A stretch of 63,692 nucleotides of DNA, filler included. It is 11 parts of 11 records of this genome, joined end to end, with 100 filler letters (N's around TTAATTAATTAA, not from the genome) between each part and the next. Parts side by side here need not be neighbours in the genome. Positions count along the whole stretch, not along the records: positions 10,849 to 15,220 come from SRR15195285_1197; positions 15,321 to 19,072 come from SRR15195285_1203; positions 19,173 to 30,668 come from SRR15195285_1205; 8 more parts are not named here. The stretch is one strand, 5' to 3'. The position numbers and the translations under genes are program-made. Within the stretch, counting starts at the first letter, position 1; every line of letters begins with the position of its first letter. A model generated the notes under the pieces. The model was not told where the DNA came from, ran no database searches, and saw only the letters and a program-made list of their open reading frames with translations. Shown piece by piece: positions 10,849 through 22,325 of the stretch.

Positions 10849-11357
10849 CAGTGATTCTGAAATCATCTGTACCGGTATTCCGTGTACCGAATTACCGGTA
10901 CAGAATTTGATGATTGAGCTTGCATCATCGAACTAAGTCCCGGTGGCCACGTTTCCCGGCTGCACCCCTGTAGTATCGATAGTAGGAACCTAAGCGCGTC
11001 GTCGTCGTCGCGTCCAGAACGTCGCGCGGCGGCCAGTGACTTGCGTGAGTGCAGCTGGGTGTGATGCTGGTGGGGAAGAAAGAGACAGAGAGGTGAAACG
11101 TGCTGGGCAGGTGGACATATCAACTGGATATGCTTGGTGTCCTGCGAAGATGTGGGCCATCAGCACGAGTCGTCGCCGGTGCTCGCCAGCGCTCGCTGGC
11201 CGCTGTCAGCTGTCTTGCCGTCCCGGCGCGCTGTCATGGTACACAGAGCAGAAATTTAGCTACGCGAAATATACACACATGTCACAGTAAACACATACCG
11301 GTATCACGGGCAGAATACGAACAGCGTGAGGGCGCTTCTTGCGCTCACGCGGCGAAT

Positions 11358-14176
11358 ATGCTAGAACGAGGCTCGAACTGGGCTTCGTGGGATCCCAACC
11401 CAGAGACAGCGGCAGAAATTCGTACTCTGGTAGAGAGAAACGACATCGCAGGGCTCGATGCAAAGCTGGATGGTCGACTGGAGTTCGGGACGGCAGGTAT
11501 CCGAGGGTGAGCAACCAGGCCCTGCGGAGCAGTCTCCCCTCGCATTTAGTGGCTCACCTCTGTTTCGTGTCAATTCCACCAGGCCGATGGGCAGTGGATC
11601 ACTATATATGAACGAGTTGACCGTGATCCAGACAACCCAGGGCCTTCTGCGCTACTTGCAGTATGACCTGCAACACTCAATGTCCCCTCTGGCGGTGCCG
11701 AGGGGAGGTTGGCAGCTGCAGGCTGAGGACACCCCGTTTTCGCCAAGCAAAGACGATTGTGCGGCGGGCGCGCAGCTACTTCGGCAGCGCGGCGTGTGCA
11801 TCGGCTACGACCATCGGCAGCGTGGGACACTCAGCTCAGAGACGTTCGCGCTCCTCACTGCGGCGGTGTTTCTCAGTCAAGGCGTAGGGCCCCATACAAC
11901 TTGCTAGTTGCATTGAGGATTTCCGCGCGATTAGATCTCGTCGGTTTGCACTTGAACACGGTTGCGCTACAATGGACTGTAGATGCGTGTAGATGAGAAG
12001 CGAGCTGACTTGACGCGTGGTGTGACGTGACCAGGTGCCAGTGACGCTCTACCGAAAGGTCGTCCCTACCCCACTCGTACCGTGGTGTGTCGAGCAGCAG
12101 CAGTGCGCAGCCGGCGTGATGATAACTGCCTCTCACAACCCGAAGGAAGATAACGGTGGGAATGCACGTTTCTTCCTGAACAACCGCAGGCTAGAGTATA
12201 GGAAAACTGACAGAACAAGCGTGTTTTACGTTGCGCTTTCCGTTCCAATGGTTGTTTCGACTTTTGCCCGGCATAGGTTACAAAGTCTATTGGCGCTCTG
12301 GTCACCAAATAACGTCCCCACATGATAAGGGCATCGCGTCCTGCATCGTCAACCAAGAGCAGCCATGGGGAAAATACGATACACAGGCTGTGACTAGCCA
12401 TCCGCTCTGCACTGATAGGACGGCAGAGCTGGAAGCGTCGTATTTTGAGGCGATGCGTTCGCGACTTTGCACTCAAGAGCGTGGGTATGTAGAAAGCGTG
12501 TTTCTGCGTTCACAGTAGCGAGTTGCATCGGTTGGAACGAAACTGTTGAGCAACCGGCATCTGCTTTGCGCAGGCACAATCGGACGGCGCTGCCAGTCGT
12601 ATACAGCGCAATGCATGGTGTTGGTGCACCTTTCGTTGCTGCTGCATTTGAAGCGTTTTGTTTGCCGGCGTACATCCCGGTTGTTGAGCAGTGTGGTACG
12701 TAAGCTGCAAATGTCTATTTGTTCAATCCTAGATGATTGCTCTGAAGTCTGAGAGCCAGAAATGCTTGTGCAGAGCCAGACCCTGCCTTTCCAACCGTTG
12801 CATTCCCGAACCCGGAGGAGGAATCTGGACTGAAAATGGCAATGGCAAGGGCAGAGCACGTGGGCGCTTCGCTTGTCCTTGCAAACGATCCTGATGCCGA
12901 TCGGCTCGCAGTGGCCGAACGGTCGGAAACGGGTGACTGGAAGGCTTTTAGTGGCGACGAGATCGGGGTGCTTCTGGCACACTGGCAGTGGCGTCAGCAC
13001 TGTGAGGCAACGGCCTATAAAGCGGCAGATAAGGCTGATGCTGGGGTCACAATGCTAGCCAGCACCGTCAGTTCTTCGATGCTTGGGGCTATTGCAAAGA
13101 CAGAAGGTTTCTGTTTCGAAGAGACCCTCACGGGTTTCAAATGGATGGGTAGACGGTCTGCCGAGATTCGCTCTGCTGCAAGGCCACGCGTCGTCCCATT
13201 TGCATACGAGGAGGCCATCGGATACTGTGTCGGTACGATTTTGCAGCGTTCATCTCAGTATATAGTGGCGTGTATCGCGTAACGACCGTACCATTACAGT
13301 TTGGAACGCGCGGAAGCGAGCATAAATGAACCATTGTGGAACGCAGGCGATCTCGTGAAAGACAAAGATGGAATCTCTGCTGCTGCAGTCTTTTATGAGA
13401 TGGCAGCGACATTGTGGCGCGAAGAAAACATGTCGGTCGCGCAGGTATGTGCAGCATTCGCATTTTGCAGTGATCGTTGATGTGGTACATTTCATGCTCT
13501 GAGGATCTTAGCCGGCCCTGACAAGATTATTTTGCTCTGCAGCACTACGAACGACTCTGCCAACGCTATGGACATTTTGTGTCCGACAACGGCTCAGTGC
13601 TAGTCGCTAATGCGAATACTGGAGGCATTCGGTAAGCACGCTCACGTCAAGATACTTCATTCTACTCCTTCGCACCACCCATTCTCAAACCACACAATCA
13701 TGAGTTCACGCATTTGAATATATGTACACCAACACACAGCATTTGTGTACTCTAGTTTTCAGGAGATCTGAGCTTCCTGTCAGGGGAGACGTGTGTGCTT
13801 GGGTACCTTGAATTCTTACGCGTGCGTGGGCAGGGCGGTTTTTGACCCGCTGCGAGTAAACTGCGCTGCAGATGCGCCTCGTTCACTTGGTCCGTGGGAA
13901 GTGCTGGCAGTGCGTGATCTGTGGACGGGGGTTGACACCGCACAACCAGACAACCTGGCCATTCTCCCGCGAGAAAATATGCTCACGTTGACGCTCTCAA
14001 ACGGTGGGACCGCAACATTGCGCGCCAGTGGCACAGAGCCAAAGATCAAATACTACTGTGAAGTAGGCGGTGCCCCAGGTCAGTCTCGGGAAGAGGTAGA
14101 GGCAGCAGCAGCGGCAGTTCGAGAGGCGGTGGTGGCAGAGTTGCTTAGACCGGAAGAGCATGGCCTCTGCGTGTAG
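11358..14176 (+). CDS. PGM2: Phosphoglucomutase/phosphopentomutase, PGM2-like (multi-exon)
   Basis: Motifs appear in order across GT-AG-spliced exons: LEFGTAGIRG, IGYDHR, VPTP, GVMITASHNPKEDNG|YKVY (phospho-Ser loop), YSAMHGVG, FPTVAFPNPEE, ANDPDADR (metal loop), TLTGFKW, FAYEEAIGY, DKDGISAA, LRASGTEPKIKYY. Confidence 0.93.
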
Positions 14177-14306
14177 TGGTGAGTGAAAAGAGTGGACCTC
14201 CAGTGTCACGAATGTTTGTAGGCACCAGTTCTCTCTATCGCAGCATTTCATGTTTGCTGAGTACCTGCAGTGCAGCTTCAGGCACGCCCGCAGAGCGCCT
14301 AGTAGT

Positions 14307-14884
14307 CTATTGGGGCGTCCCAGGCTTGTTGTTGATCTCACTCTGCCGCAGCGATTCTTCCAGTACAAGAATTCGGTCTTCCAGCGCCTTGAACTTAACT
14401 TGGTCGTCGTGCTGCCCATGTTCTTGGTGAAAATGCTCTGTAATGTGACCCACCATGATCATAGCAATGGCGAAGAGGCCACACTTGGCGGCGCGATTGC
14501 CATGCAGACGATGGTGAAGCCACGAGTTGATGTGGGAGAACTCCTGTGCGCACAGAACCAAGTATGAGTGTGAGCGTGTAGTCCGAACCTCGGGTACAGC
14601 TGCTATGTGAGAACTCTGACCAACGAGGCACAGACAGGATTGGGCCATGCCGCGCACGAGAATCCACTCGATCCCATATCCAATCAAGCCGAGGAATTCG
14701 AACCCATGTACATGGTGGTGCATCCAGAGTACCTGCCCCGACCAGTAACCCTCACGATCAGATCACTGCAAGGTGAATCAGCGCATCACGATGCTTCTCG
14801 TGTAGAGTCGCGCGGTACCGCTGTTGCGAGCAGTGACGACCTTTTCTTCTGCACCGCCCCGTGAGCACCGTGCCTGCCGGCCAT
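14307..14884 (-). CDS. Small His-rich predicted membrane protein (3 exons)
   Basis: From ATG 14884: MAGRHGAHGAVQKKRSSLLATA, GT-AG intron, VLWMHHHVHGFEFLGLIGYGIEWIL, GT-AG intron, EFSHINSWLHHRLHG...GLFAIAMIMVGHITEHFHQEHGQH, then a short coiled coil. Confidence 0.6.
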
Positions 14885-15220
14885 CCCCAGCCACTACTGT
14901 GTTTCTTAGTAGATTTCAATGGTATGGCTCACTTCAACGCCACCCCGAGTCAACGTGACCGTCAGCCGAGCAGTCAATTTTGCGCACCGCGCGTGATGTC
15001 ACCAGCACGCAGTGCATCATGGCACGCACGCCGGTACCCCGGCGGCGCCGGCCGCGCCCCCGCCGCACAGACCGAGACCCGCCAGCAGGGCGCCCCATGC
15101 ATACACGTACTCGGTACCGTTTGCAAGTTACAAAGTGTGCTTGAATACACGATGCATACGCATGCCAGCAACGATCCGGTCTTCAAATGCATGCATGTAC
15201 CCAGGTTGAAATGAGTGATT

Positions 15221-15320
15221 NNNNNNNNNNNNNNNNNNNNNNNNNNNNNNNNNNNNNNNNNNNNTTAATTAATTAANNNNNNNNNNNNNNNNNNNNNNNN
15301 NNNNNNNNNNNNNNNNNNNN
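15221..15320. other. Artificial contig linker
   Basis: N44-TTAATTAATTAA-N44. Confidence 0.98.
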
Positions 15321-15454
15321 CCCCCCCCCCCCCCCCCCCACAGGACCCTGCCTTCTATGCCACATAAGGAAGGCAAACCTACCACGGCCGCTGTCTATGG
15401 GCCGCCCTGCCGTCTCTTTGGTTTCTAACCTTGTCGTGTGCATCACCACGGCAG

Positions 15455-15681
15455 ACTTCCACGGTTTGAAAGTCGATGAAGCAGTTGGGTTCTTAAAGGC
15501 CAGACTCGAAGCTGTCGGTGCGTCGCCTGATGGTGAGCGTGTAATGGAGGTGATGCCAGGGGCCGGTAGCCATAGTGGCGCTGCAGGGGCAAAAATCAAA
15601 CCAGAGTGTGCGAAGGTCTTGACTGAAATGGGGCTGAAGTTTGAAGATAAGACTGCAGGATCATGGAACGTAACAGTTTGA
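15455..15681 (+). CDS. Last exon of an Smr/MutS2-C domain protein
   Basis: After acceptor GGCAG the frame reads DFHGLKVDEAV...EVMPGAGSHS...AKIKP...GSWNVTV*, matching the Smr DLHG...(I/V)TGxGxHS pattern. Confidence 0.8.
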
Positions 15682-15899
15682 GTCAGAGCTGTCGAATATC
15701 TCCAGCCAACGACTCAGCGTTTGAATATCACGTGTCATTGAGTTCCCCCAGTAGCGTACATGCGCAATCATCGCTGCAGGAGTTCACATTCTCGTGCCCA
15801 TTAGCATCGGTGCTGCTCCGTTCAAAGAAATGCTTCCAATCTAGCATCCTCGATGCCGGCGTCCACTTTCGCCTAACGAAACAGTGCGAGGTGGCATAG

Positions 15900-16308
15900 A
15901 CAGCCCTACGCTGCCGCAAATTTGTAACATGGCTGCAGAAGCGCCTAGAGACTCGAATCTTTGTAGTGGCGCACAAGAACGTATATGAGGGTGCGCATGC
16001 ACACGCTTCGATTGAACATCTCGTGCAAGGCTCGGTTGGCTGATTCGCCTGGTTGAATCTTAAGCTTTATGGCGTCTGGAGCAGGCTGCTGTTCATGAAT
16101 TGTCAGGTGGTTGAATATTCTCTACGCAGTAGGGCCTCACGCGACTGCGTGGCAGTGCGCAAGCGAAGGCTCTGAGCACATGCTTGCCGACGGAAAGGAG
16201 TACTACTTGAGCGACGACGGTGGAACCACGCTCGTACGTGACAATACCAGCATGATAGTGGTTGGTACGCTAAACCGTGACGCCAACACCTTGCAGGAAG
16301 TGAAATAA
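15900..16308 (+). pseudogene. Possible histidine-phosphatase (PGAM-like) C-terminal fragment plus a terminal exon
   Basis: 15900-15989 reads TALRCRKFVTWLQKRLETRIFVVAHKNVYE (R..F..WL..R.E..I.VV.H). A phase-1 GT-AG intron joins it in frame to ORF 16111-16308. There is an in-frame TAG just upstream and no RHG motif was found. Confidence 0.35.
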
Positions 16309-16693
16309 ATCGACGTTTGACAATCCTGCTATTTGCGCACGCGTGCCTACGTCTTTGCCGAATAGTGTCCCATGGTGCTACCTTCATACACCGGTCCAAA
16401 TTTGATCCGACCAAGGAAGCGCTCTGGAGCTGCTGCATCCACACTCACACCACGTCTGGGTGCCAAACTCCCAATCCTGCGAAGTAAGGTTGCTGTGTAC
16501 GCGGGTTGAGCGTCCCGACTACAGCGTACAAGACCTTGTCGATTAGACCAACAGGGCACGCCTCAGGCCAGTGTTGAGACCCTCGTGTGAGGGGTTGTAC
16601 TAGTAGAGGGCAGAGTTTGGCTCACATGCATGGCTAAGCAGCCTGTTATTCTTGGTAGCGCAGTCCATGCTGATGGAGATATCCAACATGGCC

Positions 16694-18484
16694 TTATCTC
16701 GGCGCCCTTGCCACAGCGTGACTAGCTCTGCATTTCCCGGACCGGAGACAATGTACGTGAGAGCCAGTGCATCGGCAGCAATGTAATCGAACTTATTTAG
16801 ACCGTATGCTCGTTTCAGGGCGTCAATTATGGTTTGCTTGCTCTCCTTGGGCCCCGGATTCTTCTGGGCGAGTAGACTCCTGCATGACGAGGCAATTGCA
16901 TCGACACATTAGCAACTCTGGGGTGCTACCGTGCGATGTGCAATATATTGCAAAAGGGACGCACATTGCATCAAGCAGCATAAACTGCCCCTTGTTTGTG
17001 TAGCTGTCTGCGTGCTTCGGGTTGAGGGCAATTGCTTCGTCCAGTCTCCGGTAGGCTTCGTCGTTACGCCCCATATCACGAAGTTTTGATGCGGCCATTC
17101 CAGCAATCCCGCGGTGTGCTTCTTGGAGCTCGTCTCTGTAAAAGTCTTCAAGTTTTATCAGCTTGTCATATGACTCCTGCTGAGATCTAGCCGCCATGAC
17201 CTGCAGTGACAGCCGCAGTTTCTTGGTGACAGGTCCTTTGATATAGCTCTGACCAGCTACTGCAATTGTCTCGTCTAGACTCTCAGTCGCATGATACCAG
17301 CCCTCTGGAACATCTACACGGGCATAAAACACAATCATGTACAACACAGTGGCACGCAGGACACTTCGCCAGTCAGCGGCATTTGCATCAGCAACATCGA
17401 AAACTTATGTCGCAAAACTCACACATAAGTTCGTTCGTGCGCTGGACACAGTGGGATCCTTGCTCATCAGCCTCGAGAGTTGGAAACAACTCTGATGCAT
17501 ACAAACGAATCGGAACGTTGTCGGCCGGGAACACTGGCAAGGGCACGTCTTCACCTGGTCTCATAAACCACCGTTTGTGCCCCTTCAACAACACGCTGAA
17601 CCCATCGGAGTGGCGGTGAAACTGCGTTCCTGATCCCGCTCCTCCGACGGACAGGATCATGTCTGCATCAGGCCCGAGGAACACAAGGGGCAACGACGGT
17701 TCGTCACGCAGCAGCTTCGTGGAGGCAGGAAATAGCTTGGTTTCTGCCATATTCATCGACATGCGATCGAAGATGTACCACGGCTCTTTCAGCATGCCGG
17801 CTTCTGGCGTGAGCTCTGGTGGCAGCGTAAGACCCGCATCGTAGTACGCCCCAAGACTCGTCTCGATTGGTTCCACGCCATCACACTGGTGGTCAAACTT
17901 ATCCCCAATCTTCTGCAGAGCTTTGACTGGAAGCTGGCTATAGTTCTGCCGCAGGTTGTCCCTGGTGAAAACAGCCGGATTCCAGTGAGAAGCAGCACCC
18001 TCAATGAGCACTGGCTTCTGTAGGTAGAAATCGGCCATGAACTCCTCCTCACTCAGCGTCCTTGCTGTACGTCGCTCGATATTGCAGCCGATCTCTCGAA
18101 ATTCCTCCCCCACCGAACTACTCCCTGGTTCAGGCGCGCTCTCCGCCCACTCTGCCCACGTGTAGGTGTTTTTTCTGCGGAGCCATACCGATAGCAGCAG
18201 ATTCAGGGATGGTCGCTGGGGCGGTGGGATGCGCACTCTTTTCGGCTCCGGCTCCCTCGGGCTGCGTGTGTGAAGGCTGTAGAGGGCACGCGCGGTGCGT
18301 ACCGACGGATGCGATCACCGTGTGCGGCAACGCGCGGTTTTTGTCCAGCCTTGCCATGTGCTGGGGTCCCATCGGCGCTCTTCTGCCGCCCTCTCTTGCT
18401 GCTTTTGCTCTTACGCCCCTCAACCGCTGGGGGGATCGACGTGCACAACAGGCACGCTACGAGCAGGATGCTGAGCTTCGCCAT
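16694..18484 (-). CDS. Secreted JmjC-domain (JMJD8-like) protein with C-terminal TPR
   Basis: Signal peptide MAKLSILLVACLLC; then CNIERR...EEF...QKPVLI, GGAGSGTQFHRH, GHKRWF, CVQ..NELM|YVPEGWYHAT, and TPR-like AYRRLDEAIALNPKHADSYTNKG. The 3' end is approximate. Confidence 0.8.
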
Positions 18485-19072
18485 CTCGGCTCCGCCACGG
18501 ACCTCAGGCGGCGCGGCAGAGCCGCGGCGCGGGGCGGCAGAGACGGCTGTCACCGTCTAGATCTCGAGCTCTCTCTCTCTCTCCGCGTCAACCAGCAGCA
18601 GGCTGCCAGCCGCTTCACCCCGTCTCTGTGCCGTCAATGTCACCAGGATGGCCACGGCAACCAGCAACGAATAGAATACTCGAAAACTTGATGGGGGAGG
18701 CCCGCGACCCGCGGCCGCAGGCGCCGTGGTCGGTATACGCGCGGTACGCGCGGGTACGCGCGCGCCGCGTACCCGTACTATAGCAGCAAATAGCAGCAGT
18801 TATACTACTAGTACACCGGGAACTTCCTACTTGTACATGATCATGTACGATTCATAGTAGGACTTCCTACTACTAGTATTATGAATAGTACTGTAGTGGA
18901 GAGTGAGTGCGGGACGCACGCGATCTGGCGTGAGTCGAGCGTCACGCTCACGACGGAGCGTCAGGGCGTCACTGGTGCAGCAGCATTCAGTCACAGTGGC
19001 CTCGTTTCGCCCCACTCCACGTTGGTGCGATCGAAGCGTCTCGAAGAGAGCTTTCCGGCGAGCCAACGCGAA

Positions 19073-19172
19073 NNNNNNNNNNNNNNNNNNNNNNNNNNNN
19101 NNNNNNNNNNNNNNNNTTAATTAATTAANNNNNNNNNNNNNNNNNNNNNNNNNNNNNNNNNNNNNNNNNNNN
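19073..19172. other. Artificial contig linker
   Basis: N44-TTAATTAATTAA-N44. Confidence 0.98.
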
Positions 19173-22122
19173 GCTCCTGCTCCTGCTCCTGCTCCTGCAC
19201 CTGAGCCTCCGGGTGTCGATCCCGCGCCGGCCGAGTCTGGGGTCGAGGAAGATTCCAAGGCTGCAGAGACTAAGTCAGCCGAGGACGCGAAGGCCGCCAA
19301 AAAGGCCGCTGCGGCTGAGCTGGCCAAGCAACGCCTGGCCGAGCGTCGTGAGAAAGAAGAAGCCAAGAAGGCAGCGCAGGCCAGAGCGGCCGAGGCATCT
19401 AAGGCAGCCGCAGCGGCAGCGGCGGAGGCCGAGGCACAGGCGATTATCGATCGCGAGCAGAGCGCAGCTGCTGAACGGGCCGCCGCAAAGGAAGCCGAAG
19501 CAGCTGCCGCGCGGGCGAGACGCGAAGCTGCGGTAGCTGCAGCTGAGGCTGAGTACAACTCGATGCTGGACACCCAAGAAGCATCAGTGCTCGAGCCGAA
19601 GAGTTCTGAGCGTGCTGCAGCCCCTGCTGGGAGCGAGGATGACACAGGTGCCGTGTTCGACATGCGGCTGTCGCAGTTCGAGGCAGAGCTCGATGCCGCA
19701 AGTGTGACAGCGGCGGCGGCGGCGGCGGCAGCGGCTGCGGGTGGCGTGGATGCGGAGAACTTAAAGGCGAAAGCAGCGGCGAAAAGGGATGCTGCTAAAG
19801 CAAAGGTAAGTCACCAAGCGATTTGGAAGTCAATCTCAACAGCGATTTCTGCTCTTGAGCTCACACAGCGTCCCAAAGGCTCTAAGGTGGCATGTCCGGC
19901 GCAGGTGGCGGCTAAGGTTGCATCAAAAGCTGCGGCAGCGCAGGCAAAAGCTGATTCCTTGGCAGCCTCCGCGGGAACGGAGCGTGAAGATTCGCCAGAT
20001 GGTTGCCTGTAAGTTTTCCGATGAATGTCGACACCGGCAGTCATTCCACTTCGCGGCTAGGTGGTCCTATAGCCTCTGGCTGTGTTGTACTGTGCCTGTT
20101 AGTCCTCTCTAACTGTCATCCTATTGAATCAATGATCGGACGGCTGAATGACTGGGGCTGCAGTTACGACGACAGCGACCCATTCGGTGCCGACGACGAT
20201 GAAGATCAGGACGGCTCTGACGCTCAGCTTGGTGCAACGGGCGCAGTTCTTCCAAACAAGCCGACAGAGTTGTCAGTCAGCGACAACTCGATGGATATAG
20301 TTTGGACAATGTCAGGCGATCTGTCGGCCGGGGAACGCGACGTGCTGAGATTCGAGCTCAGCTATGGAAAACCGCTTGCACCGGTCGCGACTTGGCGGTT
20401 GGTCCCGTGCACGCATCGCACAGACGGTTATGGAGATCTAATGGAGTACAGCACGACACTTGGTGGCCTGACAGCAGGAAGCACACTTGCGGTGAGGCTG
20501 CGCGTCATCTATGGTATGTGCAATGGTTTACATCACTTGCTTGCATTTGCGTCTCTGTTCGCTGTTCGCTGTTCGCTCTAACCCTGCACTGGGTGGACTG
20601 GCGCAGGCGGTACGACATCGGAGTGGTCGGAAAAGAGCGACCCAATTCAGCTTGCAGGTGAAAAAGTCAGCCTTGCCAGCGTTGCTGGCGAGAAGCTCAA
20701 GGACGGAGCGGTTGCCAAGGTCGCGTCGGTTGCGAAGGTCCGTTCTACCCTGTATGCTGATCTGTGGTGCAGTTGATTGGCTGAGAACACGTCAAGAGCT
20801 AAACTGGGGATGCATTGCCTTCTCATATGTGGATACGGTTTGCTCTCTGTGTGGCCAGGTCATCCCGGGCGCTGGTAGTGATGTTGGCTTGAGAGGAGAT
20901 GCTTTCATGGACGCTGTGATTTCGATCACTGCGAATGATGATGAACGACCTGATCCCGTTTTGGAGGAACAAGTGGTACAGTCGCTGCTGACTGCGTCTG
21001 CGAGTGACTGCAAGGAGCTCGCAGCCCAAGTTTCAACGCGACTGTCGGTGCCGGACGCTCGGGTGAAGATTAAAACCCTGCAGCTCATCCTCAACTGTCT
21101 TACATCAAAACATCGGACTGCGGTACGTAACCAGATCGCAGATTGATTCACGAAGGGTGTTTTGCTGCGACAGTAGCGTCTGGAACCACAGGCGATGTGT
21201 AGCGTCAGCTCTCTGCACAAAGCGGTTGGTCCAATGCTGAGATCAGCTGGTATACCTGCCCATGCGCTGTTTGATTAGGATTCAAAATTCCGGCCGGCCA
21301 TTCAGGCATCGGTACAAGAGTTTATAAACTCGCTGCAACAGTTCGAGTGTGAGCCTGATCCGCAATTTGGCGATAAGCCTCGGGACATTGTTCGCAGCAG
21401 CGCAGCAAAGATCACAAACATGTTGATGGATAGGTCTGTCACTCAGCCTTGTCACAAGCTAGTCGATGACTGTCTGCACTGATTTGCACCAACGAAATGC
21501 GCGCTAGGCTGCTCATGCAACATGAATCTACCATACTTGTGACTAACCCTCGTGTGTGCATCGTATGTGCATTGCAACTGTGTCATCGGTCGCCAGAATG
21601 TCATCGGTCGCTCCTGAGGGCGAGGTTCAGATCAAGGCGCGCAAGAAGCACGAGTCTACTCTTGAGTTGCCTCCTGGATCTGCCATTCACTGGGAATTTC
21701 GACTGCACTCGAAAGATATCGGGTTTTCTTCGTGGTTTGAGCGGGAGACGGAGTCTGGGCAGGTCGAAGAGGAGCAGGTGCGCTTGCTGCACGCATTTAC
21801 AATGGGTTCCGTTGATTGTCTGGAGTATGACACGCGCAAATGCCACGGGTGACCTCACCCTATGTCCAGGTGGTACCATACGACAAGCTATACGCAGAAC
21901 ATGGAGCTGTGACAGGTGATTTCGCTCCTAGTGGTTCATATCGGAGGGGCAAGATCAAATTTGAGTGGGACAACTCGTTCTCAAAGCTCACTGCGAAGAC
22001 GGTACGTCAAACAGCCACCTAGCTAGTTGAATCTGCTCGTTTCTGCTATTGTCGAGCTGGCTGAGAGTGCGTGGCGTTGCCCGAGCTAGATTTCGTTCAA
22101 GCTGAGCTACAGCACATACTGA
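19173..22122 (+). CDS. Multi-domain protein (5'-truncated): Ala/Glu/Lys helix, FN3, tepsin-like ENTH/VHS, GOLD
   Basis: Exons join in frame through GT-AG introns. FN3: PNKPTELSV..SMDIVWT..FELSY..LGGLTAGSTLAVRLR..SEWSEKSDPI. ENTH-like: ITANDDERP..RLSVPDARVKIKTLQLI..PDPQFGDKPRDIVRSSA. GOLD: IKARKKHE..IHWEFRLHSKDIGFS..FEWDNSFSKLTAKT|ISF. Confidence 0.8.
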
Positions 22123-22325
22123 TGTTGTGCAAGTGTTGATACGTGGAGCAAGCTACAATGCCTGCGAACTTTGAGCTGCGACTTTCCCAGGGTTGGCTTG
22201 CAATGAACTACTTTGTTTCAGGCATCATGTCAGCACCCCTGAACCTCTGGCAGGATATTGATATTCTTTGGTCAACCATACGCTGTTGTTGCTATGAATA
22301 CACGGTTCGTGCCATTCTGCTCTAG

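Noticed and set aside
11358-14176. Frameshifted or pseudogenised enzymes, or an alternative genetic code (fragmented ORFs here and in GH20, GH27 and the anoctamin)
   Set aside because: The breaks I checked are explained by short GT-AG or GC-AG introns that restore the frame. No stop-codon reassignment or selenocysteine is needed.
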